DNA of 64,000 bases from Macrostomum lignano. Its lineage: Eukaryota. This document shows positions 1-13,364 of the stretch, piece by piece (positions within the stretch are counted from its first letter, which is position 1; each line of letters opens with the position of its first letter). The stretch covers positions 62,001 to 126,000 of the forward strand of contig NIVC01000772.1 in NCBI GenBank assembly GCA_002269645.1. The letters run 5' to 3'. Both the position numbers and the translations under genes were made by a program. The notes under the pieces are model-generated. The model did no database searches, was not told the DNA's origin, and saw nothing but the letters and a program-made list of their open reading frames with translations.

Positions 1-465
1 TCTTAGATAATCCCTCAGAAGTAGCGCCGTTTCTTAGATAATCCCTCAGAAGTAGCGCCGTTTCTTAGATAATCCCTCAGAAGTAGCGCCGTTTCTTAGA
101 TAATCCCTCAGAAGTAGCGCCGTTTCTTAGATAATCCCTCAGAAGTAGCGCCGTTTCTTAGATAATCCCTCAGAAGTAGCGCCGTTTCTTAGATAATCCC
201 TCAGAAGTAGCGCCGTTTCTTAGATAATCCCTCAGAAGTAGCGCCGTTTCTTAGATAATCCCTCAGAAGTAGCGCCGTTTCTTAGATAATCCCTCAGAAG
301 TAGCGCCGTTTCTTAGATAATCCCTCAGAAGTAGCGCCGTTTCTTAGATAATCCCTCAGAAGTAGCGCTGTTTCTTAGATAATCCCTCAGAAGTAGCGCC
401 GTTTCTTAGATAATCCCTCAGAAGTAGCGCTGTTTCTTAGATAATCCCTCAGAAGTAGCGCCGTT
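1..465. repeat. 31-bp minisatellite (TCTTAGATAATCCCTCAGAAGTAGCGCCGTT), ~15 near-identical copies, truncated by the window start
   Basis: Direct reading; period 31; only rare C>T variants (GCGCTG). Confidence 0.97.
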
Positions 466-1504
466 TCCCAGCTCATACTTATGTTGCTTTCTGCTCCGCT
501 GTCAACTTTTCAGTCCAATCGAAGTACCAAGTTGCTGATCTACCAAATGCTTCAGAAATGTTCTCTCTTAATTTTCATTAGCTTTTTGTTCTGGTTCCGT
601 CGCATAGGCATGCAAAAGAGAGCCTCGGCTGTAGCTTGAATTATTTAGTGTGGCTGGTACCGGGCACATTTTTCAGTAATGTTTTTCATACACTGTAATA
701 ATAACAGACTAGACAGAAATTAGTGCAGTCGCAGCTGTAGTGTACTTTTAGTGTTGATTTTCTGCCAGACTATTCAGTTGAAGAGCTGCAGATGAATTGG
801 GAATCTGCAGCACTCTCAAACTCTGTGCACTCAGAGCAGTCAGTCTCCTGACTCAAACACCCCCTGCCCTCTACGCTGCTCATTTTATTTATGTTAAATA
901 GCCTTCAACCTCTCGCCCATCTCAACCGCTATTCTCTGCTCCTAGAGTAGATGCTTTTCTACTTCTATTGTCATTGGAGCATCATTTGAAATCCGATCTT
1001 CATCTTTCTACTCTCTTCAGCCGCACAGCCTCTCTCTTCCTAAATACTGCGCCCTCATCACCGCCATACAACTCGTATTGGGTGTGTGAACCGCTGCTTT
1101 GCATTCAGTCTAAGAGCTTAGGGCTTTATTGTGTATTAATACTTCTGCTTCTAATCAAATTCGCTCGAACAATTGCACCTGTGTGAAGCTCGCTCATCAA
1201 TCATGTAACTGTTTTTCTATAGTATTCTTTGAAAGTTCATCGGCCTACGCGCGTGAGTTTACTCTGATTTTTTCCCGGAAAAATGTGTGTTTACTTTCTG
1301 TCTACCGTAATTGCCATTCGGCCCTGACTGCAGGCCCAGGGACACCTTTTGAGGGGGATGCCTGGACTGGAAACCAGATTTGTCATCCGCCTTAAGATAT
1401 AAAATTATAGTTTTTCCTGTCAAGAAGCACAAATATCAAACTCAGCTCAATAAAGTCATCTCAAGTGGATATGATTGATTGACTGACTGGCGCATTTGAG
1501 CGAT

Positions 1505-1658
1505 TGTCTAGTGGTCTGGCGCGTCGCTCTGATGTGCCAGCGACCCAGGCTCGATTCCAAGTTGCAGTCGCATTAATTTGGGACTAAATTGGAATCTCAG
1601 CTTAAGTCTCCTCGTCAAATTAACGCCACTGAGGGCCAACCCCCAAGGCACAGTGAAG
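1505..1658 (+). mobile_element. tRNA-derived SINE, copy 1 (same family as 52601-52790)
   Basis: Aligns by eye with the 52.6-kb copy: shares CGCTCTGATGTGCCAGCG, GG(C/T)TCGATTCC (B box), AAGTTGCAGTCGCATTAATTTGGG and CTGAGGGCCAACCCCCAAGGCACAGTGAAG. Confidence 0.8.
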
Positions 1659-2354
1659 TTTAAAAGTGTAGATTACCAGTCCAGATAATCCAAAGGTCCC
1701 TGACTGCTCACTCTCCTCTCCCTTTAAGCAATATATTGTAGAGCTTCTTTCCTTCCCCATCCAGCATCACGCTTTCCGTTCTTCATCAAGTCGCATTTTT
1801 TTATTTTCTCCCATTCTTCTGCAACTCTCTTCCCGAGCATCGCAGTTCCACTGCTTCCCCCGCCCCCCGGGGTGCTCAGTCTCTCTGCTTGAGCACCTCA
1901 GGGGTTGCGCCACTTGTTTCTTAGAAAGCAGCCGCCACTCAATCCCTCCCCGCCTGACTTGGCAGCATGACAGGCTTCTCTTCCCCTCCCTCTCGTCTCC
2001 TTGTTCGTGTCATTCCTCTCCCCTCCGTCACTCTCATTGGTGGATATGCGGCTGATATAATTCTAGAAAATAGGGCGCATTTTTGTTGCTCGCAACTCGA
2101 AGAGAGCAGAGGGCTTTGCTGGAGAAATTTCTGCTGACTACAATATTGAAGTCTGATCCGATTGTTATCGTCTGACCTCTGGTTGCAACAACTGCTTCCT
2201 CCTTTTCAGCTGATCCGATCGCGTTGCTGAAGAGCGGCTGGCTTCGTGCCGCCCCCGCCCCCGTTGCTTCCCTCTTTTGCTCTTTTTTCTTCTGCTCTGG
2301 TCTTCTTCTTGACTCTTCTTTTCATTTTCGTTTTGAAAACTTGAAGTCTTCCCG

Positions 2355-5300
2355 ATGCGGCCGCAGCAGCAGCAGCAATTCGGCTTTCGTCAATCCTCTT
2401 TAAACAGCAGCAACGGAAGCAGTAGAATCGATGTTTTGCTTCCGGCCTCTCTTTGGCAGCAGAAGCAGCAACAGCAACAACAGCAGAAGCAGCAACAGCA
2501 ACAGCAGCTGCCGCAGTCTCCGCCTCAAGCATCTGGTAGCGGAAATTCTGGAAGACGACAACAGCGAGCCGCAACTGCTAGCGGCTCGGCAAGCAACGGT
2601 GGCGGCGGCGGCGGAGCGACATTCTACAGCTTCAAGTCTCTGCTAGGCAACGGAATGCACGGCAGCAATGGCAGTTTTTCTACGGCAGACAATCGCTTCA
2701 ATGGTCAGGTTTCGTCGTCAAGATTTCAAGCGATTATTGATCAGTATAATCAGGGCAGCGCGGCTCCGCCTCTGCCGCCTCCGCCGCCCTCTCCTCCGCC
2801 TCCGCCTCCGCCTCCGCCGCAGCAGCAGCAGCAGCAGCAGCACCCGTCTGTTGTAATTGGTGGAGGCGGCGACAGCGGCTCCGGGTTCATCATCAATGCT
2901 TTTATGCGGCGCCAGTGGACCATGGCTGACAGGCACGCATCTGCGTCTCCTCTGGCGCAGCCGGCGCCGCCTGGCGCTTTGCCGATCGTCCGCGGCGGCA
3001 GCGGTGGCGTGCAGAGCTTCTGCCCTCCAGCTAGGATGTACACCTACAACGGCAACGCGGCAACCGCATCTAACGGCGGTCCAGCCGTGATGTTTGAACT
3101 GCTTCAGACTGATCGCAGCTTGCAGCAGCAGCCGCAGCAGCAGCAACAGCAACAGCAGCAGCATCGCATGCCAGTGACAGGCACTGTAACAGGCTGCGGC
3201 CCGGTCTACAGACCCAGCCAGCTGTCCGATCAGCTGTGCCGGGCGCCGGCTTCTGTTGGCCGGGGCGAGCCCAGCTTGGTGGGCCCGGCTACGAACGGAG
3301 TGGAAGATCCGGAAGATGCCGCTGCTAAGCTGGCCGAGATTCGCAAGAAGCTGCAGCAGCTCAGCCTGCAGCAGCAGCAGCAGCAGCAGCAGCGCCCATC
3401 CATGAGTCCCCAGCTGAGCGTCTCCTCCGTTGCGTCATCGTCTTCCACGACGTTCACCTCGCCGGCCGCCGCTGCTGCAGCCGCCGCTGCCGCCGGGCCA
3501 GCAAGCGGCAGTCCGCTGCTCTCCGTCCGGGCTCGGCTGGCCGCTCAACCCACCGGCCGTCCGGCCACCGCATCAGCCGCAGCCGCAGTCTCCGCCGTGA
3601 CAACCGCGTCATCCTCGACTGGCGGCGGTTTCTCCGGTTCTTCATCGGTGCCGGCGGCCACCCTCAGAGCCCGCAGCGCGTCGGCAACTGTGCGCGCCAA
3701 CAGCCGCGCTCATCTGGCCGGCGCCGGCGCCAGCGAGTCCCGACCGACCTCGGCCGCCTCGTCCACCCTGACCGCTCGTCGGAGCCGCAGCCGCGGCCGC
3801 AGCGCGGGCAGTCGGCGCGGCTCAAGTCGCAGCCGCAGTCGAAGCCGCGCCTCCTATGAAGCCGACGGCGACAGCGACTTCAACGATGTCGACGACGACA
3901 ATGACGATAGCGATGATGATGACGTCATCAACTGTCTGGATGACGACGTGGTGAGCGGTAGCGCCGCTTCGCTGAGCCGCTCATCTTCGGCTAGGAATTC
4001 TCGACGCAACTCGGCCTCGAGCTCGGGACGAGCCGCCGCTGCCGCATCCGCTGCTGCTCAATCGTTGAACTGCCTGCCGTCGCAGATCGCGTCTCTGTTC
4101 CCCGGCGTGCCGCCTGTGTTGAACTTTGCCGGCGAAGGCGAGTACTTGGAATCGCTGCCTTCTGAACTTCGTCGACTGTTGAAATGGCGGCTGAGCTCCA
4201 TCACGCCGCTGGTTGTCAAGCGCGTCATCGGGCGGAGCGGCTTCAAGATATCGCAGAGTGAGGAGTGAATTGCTTTTGTTTTTTGTGCTATTTATGATCC
4301 CTGGGTGTGGTCTGTGTACAGTAGGTGTGCTCTGTGTACAGTAGGTGTGTTCTGTGTACAGTAGACGTGCTCTGTGTACAGTAGGTGTGCTCTGTGTACA
4401 GTAGGTGTGTTCTGTGCACAGTAGGTGTGTTCTGTGCAGAGTAGGTGTGCTCTGTGTACAGTAGGTGTGCTCTGTGTACAGTAGGTGTGTTCTGTGCACA
4501 GTAGGTGTGTTCTGTGCAGAGTAGGTGTGCTCTGTGTACAGTAGGTGTGTTCTGTGTACAGTAGGTGTGTTCTGTGTACAGTAGGTGTGTTCTGTGTACA
4601 GTAGACGTGCTCTGTGTACAGTAGGTGTGTTCTGTGTACAGTAGGTGTGTTCTGTGTACAGTAGATGTGCTCTGTGTACAGTAGATGTGCTCTTTGTACA
4701 GTAGATGTGCTCTGTGTACAGTAGGTGTGTTCTGTGCACAGTAGGTGTGTTCTGTGCAGAGTAGGTGTGCTCTGTGTACAGTAGGTGTGCTCTGTGTACA
4801 GTAGGTGTGTTCTGTGCACAGTAGGTGTGTTCTGTGCAGAGTAGGTGTGCTCTGTGTACAGTAGGTGTGTTCTGTGTACAGTAGGTGTGTTCTGTGTACA
4901 GTAGGTGTGTTCTGTGTACAGTAGACGTGCTCTGTGTACAGTAGGTGTGTTCTGTGTACAGTAGGTGTGTTCTGTGTACATTAGATGTGCTCTGTGTACA
5001 GTAGGTGTGCTCTGTGTATAGTAGGTGTGTTCTGTGTACAGTAGGTGTGCTCTGTGTACAGTAGGTGTGTTCTGTGTACAGTGGATTTGCTCTGTGTACA
5101 GTAGTTTTCTCTCTGTAGCTACTTTAAAAAGCTGTAAAACTCTTGTCAACGTGTTTGCTGTTGCAGAGACTGAACCTGGCGATGATCTGGAATCAGTTGG
5201 TAAGCTGTCTGCGATCTGTAATGTCCAATACTCGTAAATGTCAACATGACCCACTCATTGCTTTATTGGTAGATCTTTCTAACTCAATTCTCAAAAATGA

Positions 5301-8300
5301 GAAAAGATTTTCTATATTTCCAGACAATTAGGTTTCACCATCTTGATATCTGCTCATTATCTACCGGTAGATGTCTATCTACTCTCCATCTAGATGTCTA
5401 CTCCCACAATACAAAATGTCTAATCTTTATCTAGGTGTCTTCTCTCACTGTCTAGATGTCTGCTCTCACTATCTAGATGTCAACTCTCACTATTTAGATG
5501 TATACTCTCACTAGCTAGATGTATACTCTCACTAGCTAGATGTCTACTCTCACTGTCTAGATGTCTACTCTCACTATCTAGATATCTACTCTCACTATCT
5601 AGATATCTACTCTCTCTATATAGATATCTACTATCACCATCTAGATGTCTACTCACTATCTAGACGTCTACTCTCACTATCTAGATGTCTACTCTTACTA
5701 TCTAGATGTCTACTCTCACCAACTAGATGCCTAATCTCACCAAATAGATTTCTACCCTCACCAACTCGAGGTAACAATTATCCTATCTTGAGATCTACTC
5801 TAATTGTCTTGATGTCGAACCCTGACTAATACCATATCTCAACCAGTGTCCTTGCATCGTTCCCTCTAATCAGAGTTACCCAGCTTCAAATTTAGACACG
5901 GGTGGAAAGATTTATCACGGAATTTGCCTTTCCCGTGTGTCAGGTCCGCACCTCCATCCCCAGCAACTGCCGCTAAGTCCCGGCCTCGAAGCACGCACCA
6001 GGAGACTCAATCCGCCCACGAGTTCCACAATCCTAGCTCATCCTCTTAATCCGCTTAATCCCTAACCAGCATTGCCTTACCTTCCCGAGGCTGTAAATGA
6101 AAAAGAAATCCCCGCCTTGAGCTGCCCAGAGCTCTGGGGCATCAGGCCTGCTCTGCTAACAATATCTGTCTCACTAATTAATGCGATCGACTGCCCGCTT
6201 ATTTCGGCAGGTTAAAGAGGAAGGAAATGGAAGAGAGGAAGAGGGAGAGAGTGGAGAGGCACAGTCTGACTAGGAGAGGCGGCTGGAAAAGTGCAATAAC
6301 ACAAATTATTTTGTTAATATTTGCTTAGTTTTGCACTTTTAAATTATGCATAAAATATATATTTATACCATCTCTGCGATTCAGAATCTGATGATTGGCT
6401 CGGCTACTTTGGCAAGCACATGAAGCCGAACGGATTTCGCACTATTCGAGAATACCAAAAGGTAAAGAGAATATGAGTTGACACTTTTTTTATAAATTTG
6501 CTTTTTATTTTGTGAGAAGTCATGACTGCCTGCGGACACACGATATTGGTCGCCTAGAATTGCTCTGTTTAAAAAGAGGAATCGCCCCTCTCTGAGAATC
6601 GCCCCTCCCTAAGAATCGCCCTATCATAGAATCGCCTTTCCCTAAGAATCGCCCTATCATAGAATCGCCTTTCCCTAAGAATCGCCCTTCCCTAAGAATC
6701 GCCCCTCCTTGAGAATCGCCCCTCCCTAAGAATAGCCCTCCCTAAGAATCGCCCCTCCCTAAGAATCGCCCTCCCATAGAATCGCCCCTCCCTAAGAATC
6801 GCCCCTCCCTAAGAATCGCCCTCCCATAGAATCGCCCCTCCCTAAGAATCGCCCCTCCCTAAGAATCGCCCCTCCCTAAGAATCGCCCTCCCATAGAATC
6901 GCCCCTCCCTAAGAATCGCCCCTCCTTGAGAATCGCCCTTCCCTAAGAATCGCCCCTCCCTAAGAATCGCCCCTCCCTGAGAATCGCCCCTCCCTGAGAA
7001 TCGCCCCTCCCTAAGAATCGCCCCTCCCTGAGAATCGCCCCTCCCTAAGAATCGCCCTCCCATAGAATCGCCCCTCCCTAAGAATCGCCCTCCCATAGAA
7101 TCGCCCCTCCCTAAGAATCGCTCTCCCATAGAATCGCCCCTCCCTAAGAATCGCCCCTCCCTAAGAATCGCCCCTCCCTAAGAATCGCCCCTCCCTAAGA
7201 ATCGCCCCTCCCTGAGAATCGCCCCTCCCTGAGAATCGCCCCTCCCTAAGAATCGCCCCTCCCTGAGAATCGCCCCTCCCTGAGAATCGCCCCTCCCTAA
7301 GAATCGCCCTCCCATAGAATCGCCCCTCCCTGAGAATCGCCCCTCCCTGAGAATCGCCCCTCCCTAAGAATCGCCCTCCCATAGAATCGCCCCTCCCTGA
7401 GAATCACTTATGCTTAGAACGGCCCCTCCCTAATTAATCGGTCTCTCTTTGAGAATCTCCCCTCTAAGAATCGCCGGTCTGTCTGATAGCGCCAACCGTA
7501 GAATTGAAGCTAAAAGGACACACGCATAAATGATTGAATTGGGGGGGGGGGAGAACTGACTGGACTCTGGGAATCCGGATATTTTCGAGTGGAATTCTAG
7601 ATGCGGGCAGCTTTAGGTTGTCCAAATTGTCACAGGCCTTTTTTCTCTTCATCACTTGCACTCTCGGCCCGAGTCGGCATCAGAAGGACGCTCGATCTTA
7701 TCTTTAACTATTCTCCTGGAAATTCTGCCGCTTCCTAACTGTCCCGCTATTTATCTATCGATTTTTTTAGTCCCATCGCTATGTTAGATGTTATTCTCTC
7801 TCCTAAAGTCAATGTTTGAGCAAAATGATTTGCAAACTTTCCTATCAGCTCTATTATTTCTACCGTAATCTTACTTAGAAAGTGCATTACTATTGTTACA
7901 GTAATTTCTGAAGAATATTTAAACACCGGGATTGACTTTCTGCTATGGTAAAGTATTCATTCTCTGAAATATAATAAAATGAGATTACTGGGTAATGGGC
8001 TGTTGAATTATTGACCGTAGTTGGGTAATAATATAATACTTGATTCTGTAACACAGCAACTGGATTCTGTAATATTGAAGCAACTGGATTCTGTAATATT
8101 ACAGTAACTGGGATTCTGTAATATTGCAGCAACTGGGATTCTGTAATATTACAGTAACTGGGATTCTGTAATATTACAGTAACTGGGATTCTGTAATATT
8201 ACAGTAACTGGAATTCTGTAATATTACAGTAACTGGGATTCTGTAATATAACAGTAACTGGGATTATGTAATATTACAGCAACTGGAATCTGTAATATTA

Positions 8301-11300
8301 CAGTAACTGGGATTCTGTAATATTGCAGCAACTGGATTCTGTAACACAGCAACTGGATTCTGTAATATTACAGTAACTGGGATTCTGTAATATTACAGTA
8401 ACTGGGATTCTGTAATATTAGAGTAACTGGGATTCTGTAATATTGCAGTAACTGGGATTCTGTAATATTACAGTAACTGGGATTCTGTAATATTAGAGTA
8501 ACTGGGATTCTGTAATATTACAGTAACTGGGATTCTGTAATATTACAGTAACTGGGATTCTGTAATATTAGAGTAACTGGGATTCTGTAATATTACAGTA
8601 ACTGGGATTCTGTAATATTACAGCAACTGGAATCTGTGACATTACGGCTACTGGATTCTGTATATGTCTTCTATATTACGCATATTTAATTACAAGTTCG
8701 CGCGGGCTTGTGCAATTAATAAAGCAATCCCTCACAGCCCGAGCTTCTTAGCTTACATATCGCTGCAGATTCATCTTTTGATTAAGCCATAATTTAATAA
8801 TAGTATGCTTTACATGCATTGTATATCAATTTGCAGCTGATTGGTTATTATTGTAAATCTCAGTAAAGGCATTTAGACCGAATGATGATGTCTTACTCTT
8901 ATTAAAGAGGAGTAGCGTTAGTAAAAGTGTACCGCAAGTGTACATGTATGCATTTCCAGATGTAAAAACTGTGTACATTTTCTGTTGTTTACAGGGTGTG
9001 CATTCCAGGGTGTACATAGTGCGTACGTTGCCAGTGTACATAGTCGGGTATACATATTATGTACATAGTTGGTTTACATAGTGTGTACGTTGCCAGTGTA
9101 CATAGTCGGATATACATATTATGTACATAGTTGGTTTAAATAGTGTGTACGTTGCCAGTGTACATAGTCGGGTATACATTATGTACATGTTGGTTTACAT
9201 AGTGTGTACATCATCAGGTGTGGATATCTTGTACAGTGCCAGATGTACATATCGTGTACAGTGCCATATGTACATAGTGTGTACATTACCGGGTGTACAT
9301 AGTGCGTACATTTCCAGGTGTACATAGTGTGTACATTTCCAGGTGTACATAGTGCGTACATTACCGGGTAAACATAGTGTGTACATTACCAGGTGTACAT
9401 AATGCGTACATTGCCGCGCCTCTCCCACAGGTGAACCACTTTCCCGGCAGCTTCATTCTAGGCCGAAAGGACCGCCTATGGAAGGGTCTGCAGCGATTGC
9501 ACGGTCGCAAAGCGTTCGGCTTCGCCCCCACCACCTACTGCCTGCCGGGCGACCTGAAGGAGTTCAAAGCCGCGTGGGACGCCGCCTCAGTCGGCACGGC
9601 GCAGCAACAGCAGCAGCGCTGGATTATCAAACCGCCCGCCAGCGCCAGGGGCATCGGCATCCGGGTGGTGAACAAGTGGCAGCAGATACCCAAGAAGCGG
9701 CCTGTAATAGTGCAGACTTACCTGTCTCGGCCCTACCTGATCAACGGCAGCAAGTTCGATTTAAGAATCTACGTCTATGTTACTTCGTTCGAGCCGTTGA
9801 AGGTCTACGTGCACGAGCAGGGTCTGGTCCGCTTTGCCAGCGTGCAGTACAGCCAGTCCAGCAAGACCCTTGGCAATAGGTGAGGATTCACCTAATAAGA
9901 TATTTGCAACTGCTCTCTCAACTTCCTAAATAAGTGACTCTTGCGCCACCAAAGTTCACGCGATTCACGCCGATGATGGTCCATGAGAATCGGCCTCTAA
10001 TCTCCATGAGAATCGGCCTCTAATCTCCATGAGAATCGGCCTCTAATCTCCATGAGAATTGGCCTCTTAACTCCATGAGAATCGGCCTCTTAACTCCATG
10101 AGAATCAGCCTCTAATCTCCATGAGAATCGGCCTCTAATCTCCATGAGAATCGGCCTCTAATCTCCATGAGAATTGGCCTCTTAACTCCATGAGAATCGG
10201 CCTCTTAACTCCATGAGAATCAGCCTCTAATCTCCATGAGAATCGGCCTCTAATCTCCATGAGAATCGGCCTCTAATCTCCATGAGAATTGGCCTCTTAA
10301 CTCCATGAGAATCGGCCTCTTAACTCCATGAGAATCAGCCTCTAATCTCCATGAGAATCGGCCTCTAATCTCCATGAGAATCGGCCTCTAATCTCCATGA
10401 GAATTGGCCTCTTAACTCCATGAGAATCGGCCTCTAATCTCAATGAGAATCGGCCTCTAACCTCCATGAGAATCGGCCTCTAATCTCCATGAGAATCGCC
10501 CTCTAACCTCTATTAAAATCGCCCTCTAGTCTCCATGAGAATCGCCCTCTAACCTCCATTAAAATCGCCCTCTAGTCTCCATGAGAATCGGCCTCTAACC
10601 TCCATGAGAATCGGCCTCTAACCTCCATGAGAATCGGCCTCTAACCTCCATGAGAGTCGGCCGCTAATCTCCATGAGAATCGGCCTCTAACCTCCATTAA
10701 AATCGCCTTCTAATCTCCATGAGAATCGGCCTCTAGCCTCCATTAAAATCGCCCTCTAGTCTCCATGAGAATCGCCCTCTAGTCTCCATGAGAATCGGCC
10801 TCTAACCTCCATGAGAATCGGCCTCTAAACTCCATGAGAATCGGCCTCTAAACTCCATGAGAATCGGTCTCTAACCTCCATGAGAATCTCTTTTTAAACT
10901 CCACGAGAATCACCTTCTCAACTCCATGAGAATCGCCTTCTCAACTCCACGAGAATCACCTTCTCAACTCCACGAGAATCACCTTCTCAACTCCATGAGA
11001 ATCGCCTTCTCAACTCCATGAGAATCGCCTTCTCAACTCCACGAGAATCACCTTCTCAACTCCATGAGAATCGCCCTCCAAACTGCCACCCCATTCTCCG
11101 CCCAGGTTCATGCACCTGACCAACTACAGCGTGAACAAGCACAGCGCCTCCTACACAAACGGAAACCCAACCGGCTCAGCTAACTCTGGCAGCAAAGGCG
11201 GCGGCGGCAGTGCTGATGGCGAAGGCCACAAGTGGAGCCTGCAATCTCTGTGGGCTTACCTGCGCCGTTGCGGCCAGAGTCCCGAACGAGTCTGGGATTC

Positions 11301-12190
11301 GATCAAGGACCTGGTGGCTAAAACTATGATTAGCGGCGAGTCGCATATAGCCGCTCAAGTTCGGTTGCTATGCCGCAGGCAGTACTGCGTGCACGAACTA
11401 TTCGGTCTGGATGTACTTTTAGATGACCAACTGCAGCCCTGGCTGCTCGAGGTTAATATTTCTCCGTCTCTGCACAGCAACTCACCGTTGGACGTTCGAG
11501 TCAAAGGTGCCATGGTGACCGACTTGATGAGGCTGGCCGGGTTCCAGCTGCCAACTGGGCCGCCCTGGCCAGATGACTACAGCCCGACTGAGGAGGAGAG
11601 AGCGAAGCGAGTCTATCATACGGAGCAGAAGGCCTGGCAGGATAGGTTCGTTGTCACGGAGTGTTGTGATCCCTGATTGAGGATTTGGGATGTGTTGCGA
11701 TGTGTTGGGATCCCTGAATGAGTATTTAGAATGTGTTGGGATCCTCAATGAGGTGTTGGGATGTGTTGGGATCCCTCATTAAGGAATTGGGATGTGTTGG
11801 GATCCCTAATTGAGGATTTGGGATCTGGGAGGCTGGCCCAGCAACTGAGGATCTGGGACGTGAGAAAACTCACGCCATCGCGCCACCAGCTCTGCACCCT
11901 TCGATTCCCGCAGACTGGGCAGCCTGCTGGACTGCCTGACGCCGTCCGACATTCGCTGTCTGGCGCACTCGCTGGACGAGTTCGGCCGGGCCGGTGGCTT
12001 CCAGCGAATCCTGCCGGTTGGCGGGGACCGGGGCCTGCAGTACCTGCGCTACATGGACCAGCCCAGGTACTCCAACCTGCTGCTGCACTGCTTTCTCACC
12101 TGTCACGGCCGGCGCGAAGGAATCGAACTCGTATCGGCTTTATGGCGCCGAGGCGCGCACCTGCCAGGCGGCGCCAGCAGGTCGTCTTGA
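2355..12190 (+). CDS. TTLL4: Tubulin polyglutamylase TTLL4-like (monoglutamylase/initiator), 1081 aa predicted
   Basis: Exons 2355-4257, 6385-6461, 9431-9879, 11106-11645, 11914-12190; all GT-AG, phases 1/0/2/2 consistent, total 3246 nt. The joined protein reads LKWRLSSITPLVVKRVIGRSGFKISQKSDDWLGYFGKHMKPNGFRTIREYQKVNHFPGSFILGRKDRLW...WIIKPPASARGIGI...VQTYLSRPYLINGSKFDLRIYV...GLVRFAS...NRFMHLTNYSVNK...ELFGLDVLLDDQLQPWLLEVNISPSLHS and ends with LTPSDIRCL...EFGRAGGFQRI...QPRYSNLL. This matches recalled TTLL4 motifs. There is an in-frame stop at 2334 upstream of the ATG. Confidence 0.92.
4311..5105. repeat. 20-bp minisatellite (CTGTGTACAGTAGGTGTG[C/T]T), ~39 copies, TTLL4 intron 1
   Basis: Direct reading; TGTACA palindrome in each unit. 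Confidence 0.97.
5380..5765. repeat. Degenerate ~21-bp minisatellite (CTACTCTCACTATCTAGATGT), TTLL4 intron 1
   Basis: Direct reading; TCTAGA core. Confidence 0.9.
6580..7430. repeat. 17-bp minisatellite (TAAGAATCGCCCCTCCC), ~50 copies, TTLL4 intron 2
   Basis: Direct reading. Confidence 0.97.
8040..8660. repeat. ~25-bp minisatellite (ACTGGGATTCTGTAATATTACAGTA), TTLL4 intron 2
   Basis: Direct reading; contains the 14-bp perfect palindrome CTGTAATATTACAG. Confidence 0.95.
8925..9410. repeat. Degenerate TGTACAT-core repeat ending about 20 bp before the TTLL4 exon 3 acceptor
   Basis: Repeated GTGTACATAGTG(T/C)GTAC(A/G)TT units. Confidence 0.88.
9985..11085. repeat. 23-bp minisatellite (CTCCATGAGAATCGGCCTCTAAT), ~47 copies, TTLL4 intron 3
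   Basis: Direct reading; variants change gradually along the array. Confidence 0.97.
11680..11860. repeat. Degenerate GAGGATTTGGGATGTGTTGGGATCCCT repeat, TTLL4 intron 4
   Basis: About 6 diverged units; resembles the 13.4-14.2-kb family. Confidence 0.75.
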
Positions 12191-12311
12191 AGCGCGCCGA
12201 GAAATGGCGCCATTGGATGAAAAAGAATCTCAACGAGTTGGCTTCAACTGCGTGAATCCTCAGTGCCGAATTTTCAGATTAAGTGCGACTTGGGATCAGA
12301 GCGTGAATGAG

Positions 12312-12742
12312 GATCAGGTGTGAATGGGGATCAGTGGTGTGAATGGGGGATCAGTGGTGTGAATAGGGGATCAGTGGTGTGAATGGGGGATCAGTGGTGT
12401 GAATGGGGGATCAGTGGTGTGAATAGGGGATCAGGGTGTGAATGGGGGATCAGTGGTGTGAATGGAGGATCAGTGGTGTGAATGGAGGATCAGTGGTGTG
12501 AATAGGGGATCAGTGGTGTGAATGGAGGATCAGTAGTGTGAATAGGGGATCAGTGGTGTGAATGGGGGATCAGGGTGTGAATGGAGGATCAGGGTGTGAA
12601 TGGGGGATCAGGGTGTGAATGGAGGATCAGGGTGTGAATGGGGGATCAGGGTGTGAATGGGGGATCAGGGTGTGAATGGGGGATCAGGGTGTGAATAGGG
12701 GATCAGGGTGTGAATAGGGGATCAGGGTGTGAATGGGGGGTC
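12312..12742. repeat. G-rich 19-21-bp minisatellite (GTGTGAATGGGGGATCAG[G/TG]), just downstream of the TTLL4 stop
   Basis: Direct reading, ~21 units. Confidence 0.95.
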
Positions 12743-13364
12743 AAACCAGATTTCGAAACGACCTTTTGCAGTTAGTATATTTTGACACAGAATTCAACTA
12801 TGATTTGCGATGATTTCCTGTCTTTCGAAGGATCCAGTTATCTCGTGAATCTCAGCTTTCCCCTCGGCACTGTGAACAGATCCTAGCCGAGTTATGTGTG
12901 ATGACCTTCTCTTGTATCTAAAGGGCTTTCAACCTCTTGTTATTTAAGAAAAGTATGCATTGCAGATTCCAAGTGAATTTTGCTGGTACACGTACGCTCA
13001 GATTTTATTGAATATTTATAACTGTTCTTGCATCGAATTATGTGATTGATATTTTCTCTTCTTGTTTTCCACTTGAGATAGCTTTTACTATATATGAAAG
13101 GTATGAGATAATGCTTTAAACTTTTTTTGGAAAATAAATTGACGAACTTATAAAAAAGAAGTGCACAATTTACTTACTCAATTAAGAGATAATTAATAAT
13201 TGTAATAAAAAACAACCCAGGATTTGACATGAACATTTGATTATATTTGAAGTAAACGCCATGGGTAACTATGCCTCTATTTTAGTAAGTATTCGGCTCG
13301 TCACCTAATTGGCGCTTTGCTTATATAAGCTATAGGTTGCGAGAGGCTTCAGAATAATTTGGAT

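Noticed and set aside
1-465. 31-bp near-identical direct repeats as a CRISPR array (also considered for the 30-bp array at 22.8 kb)
   Set aside because: Units are head-to-tail with no unique spacers, there are no cas genes, and the context is eukaryotic.
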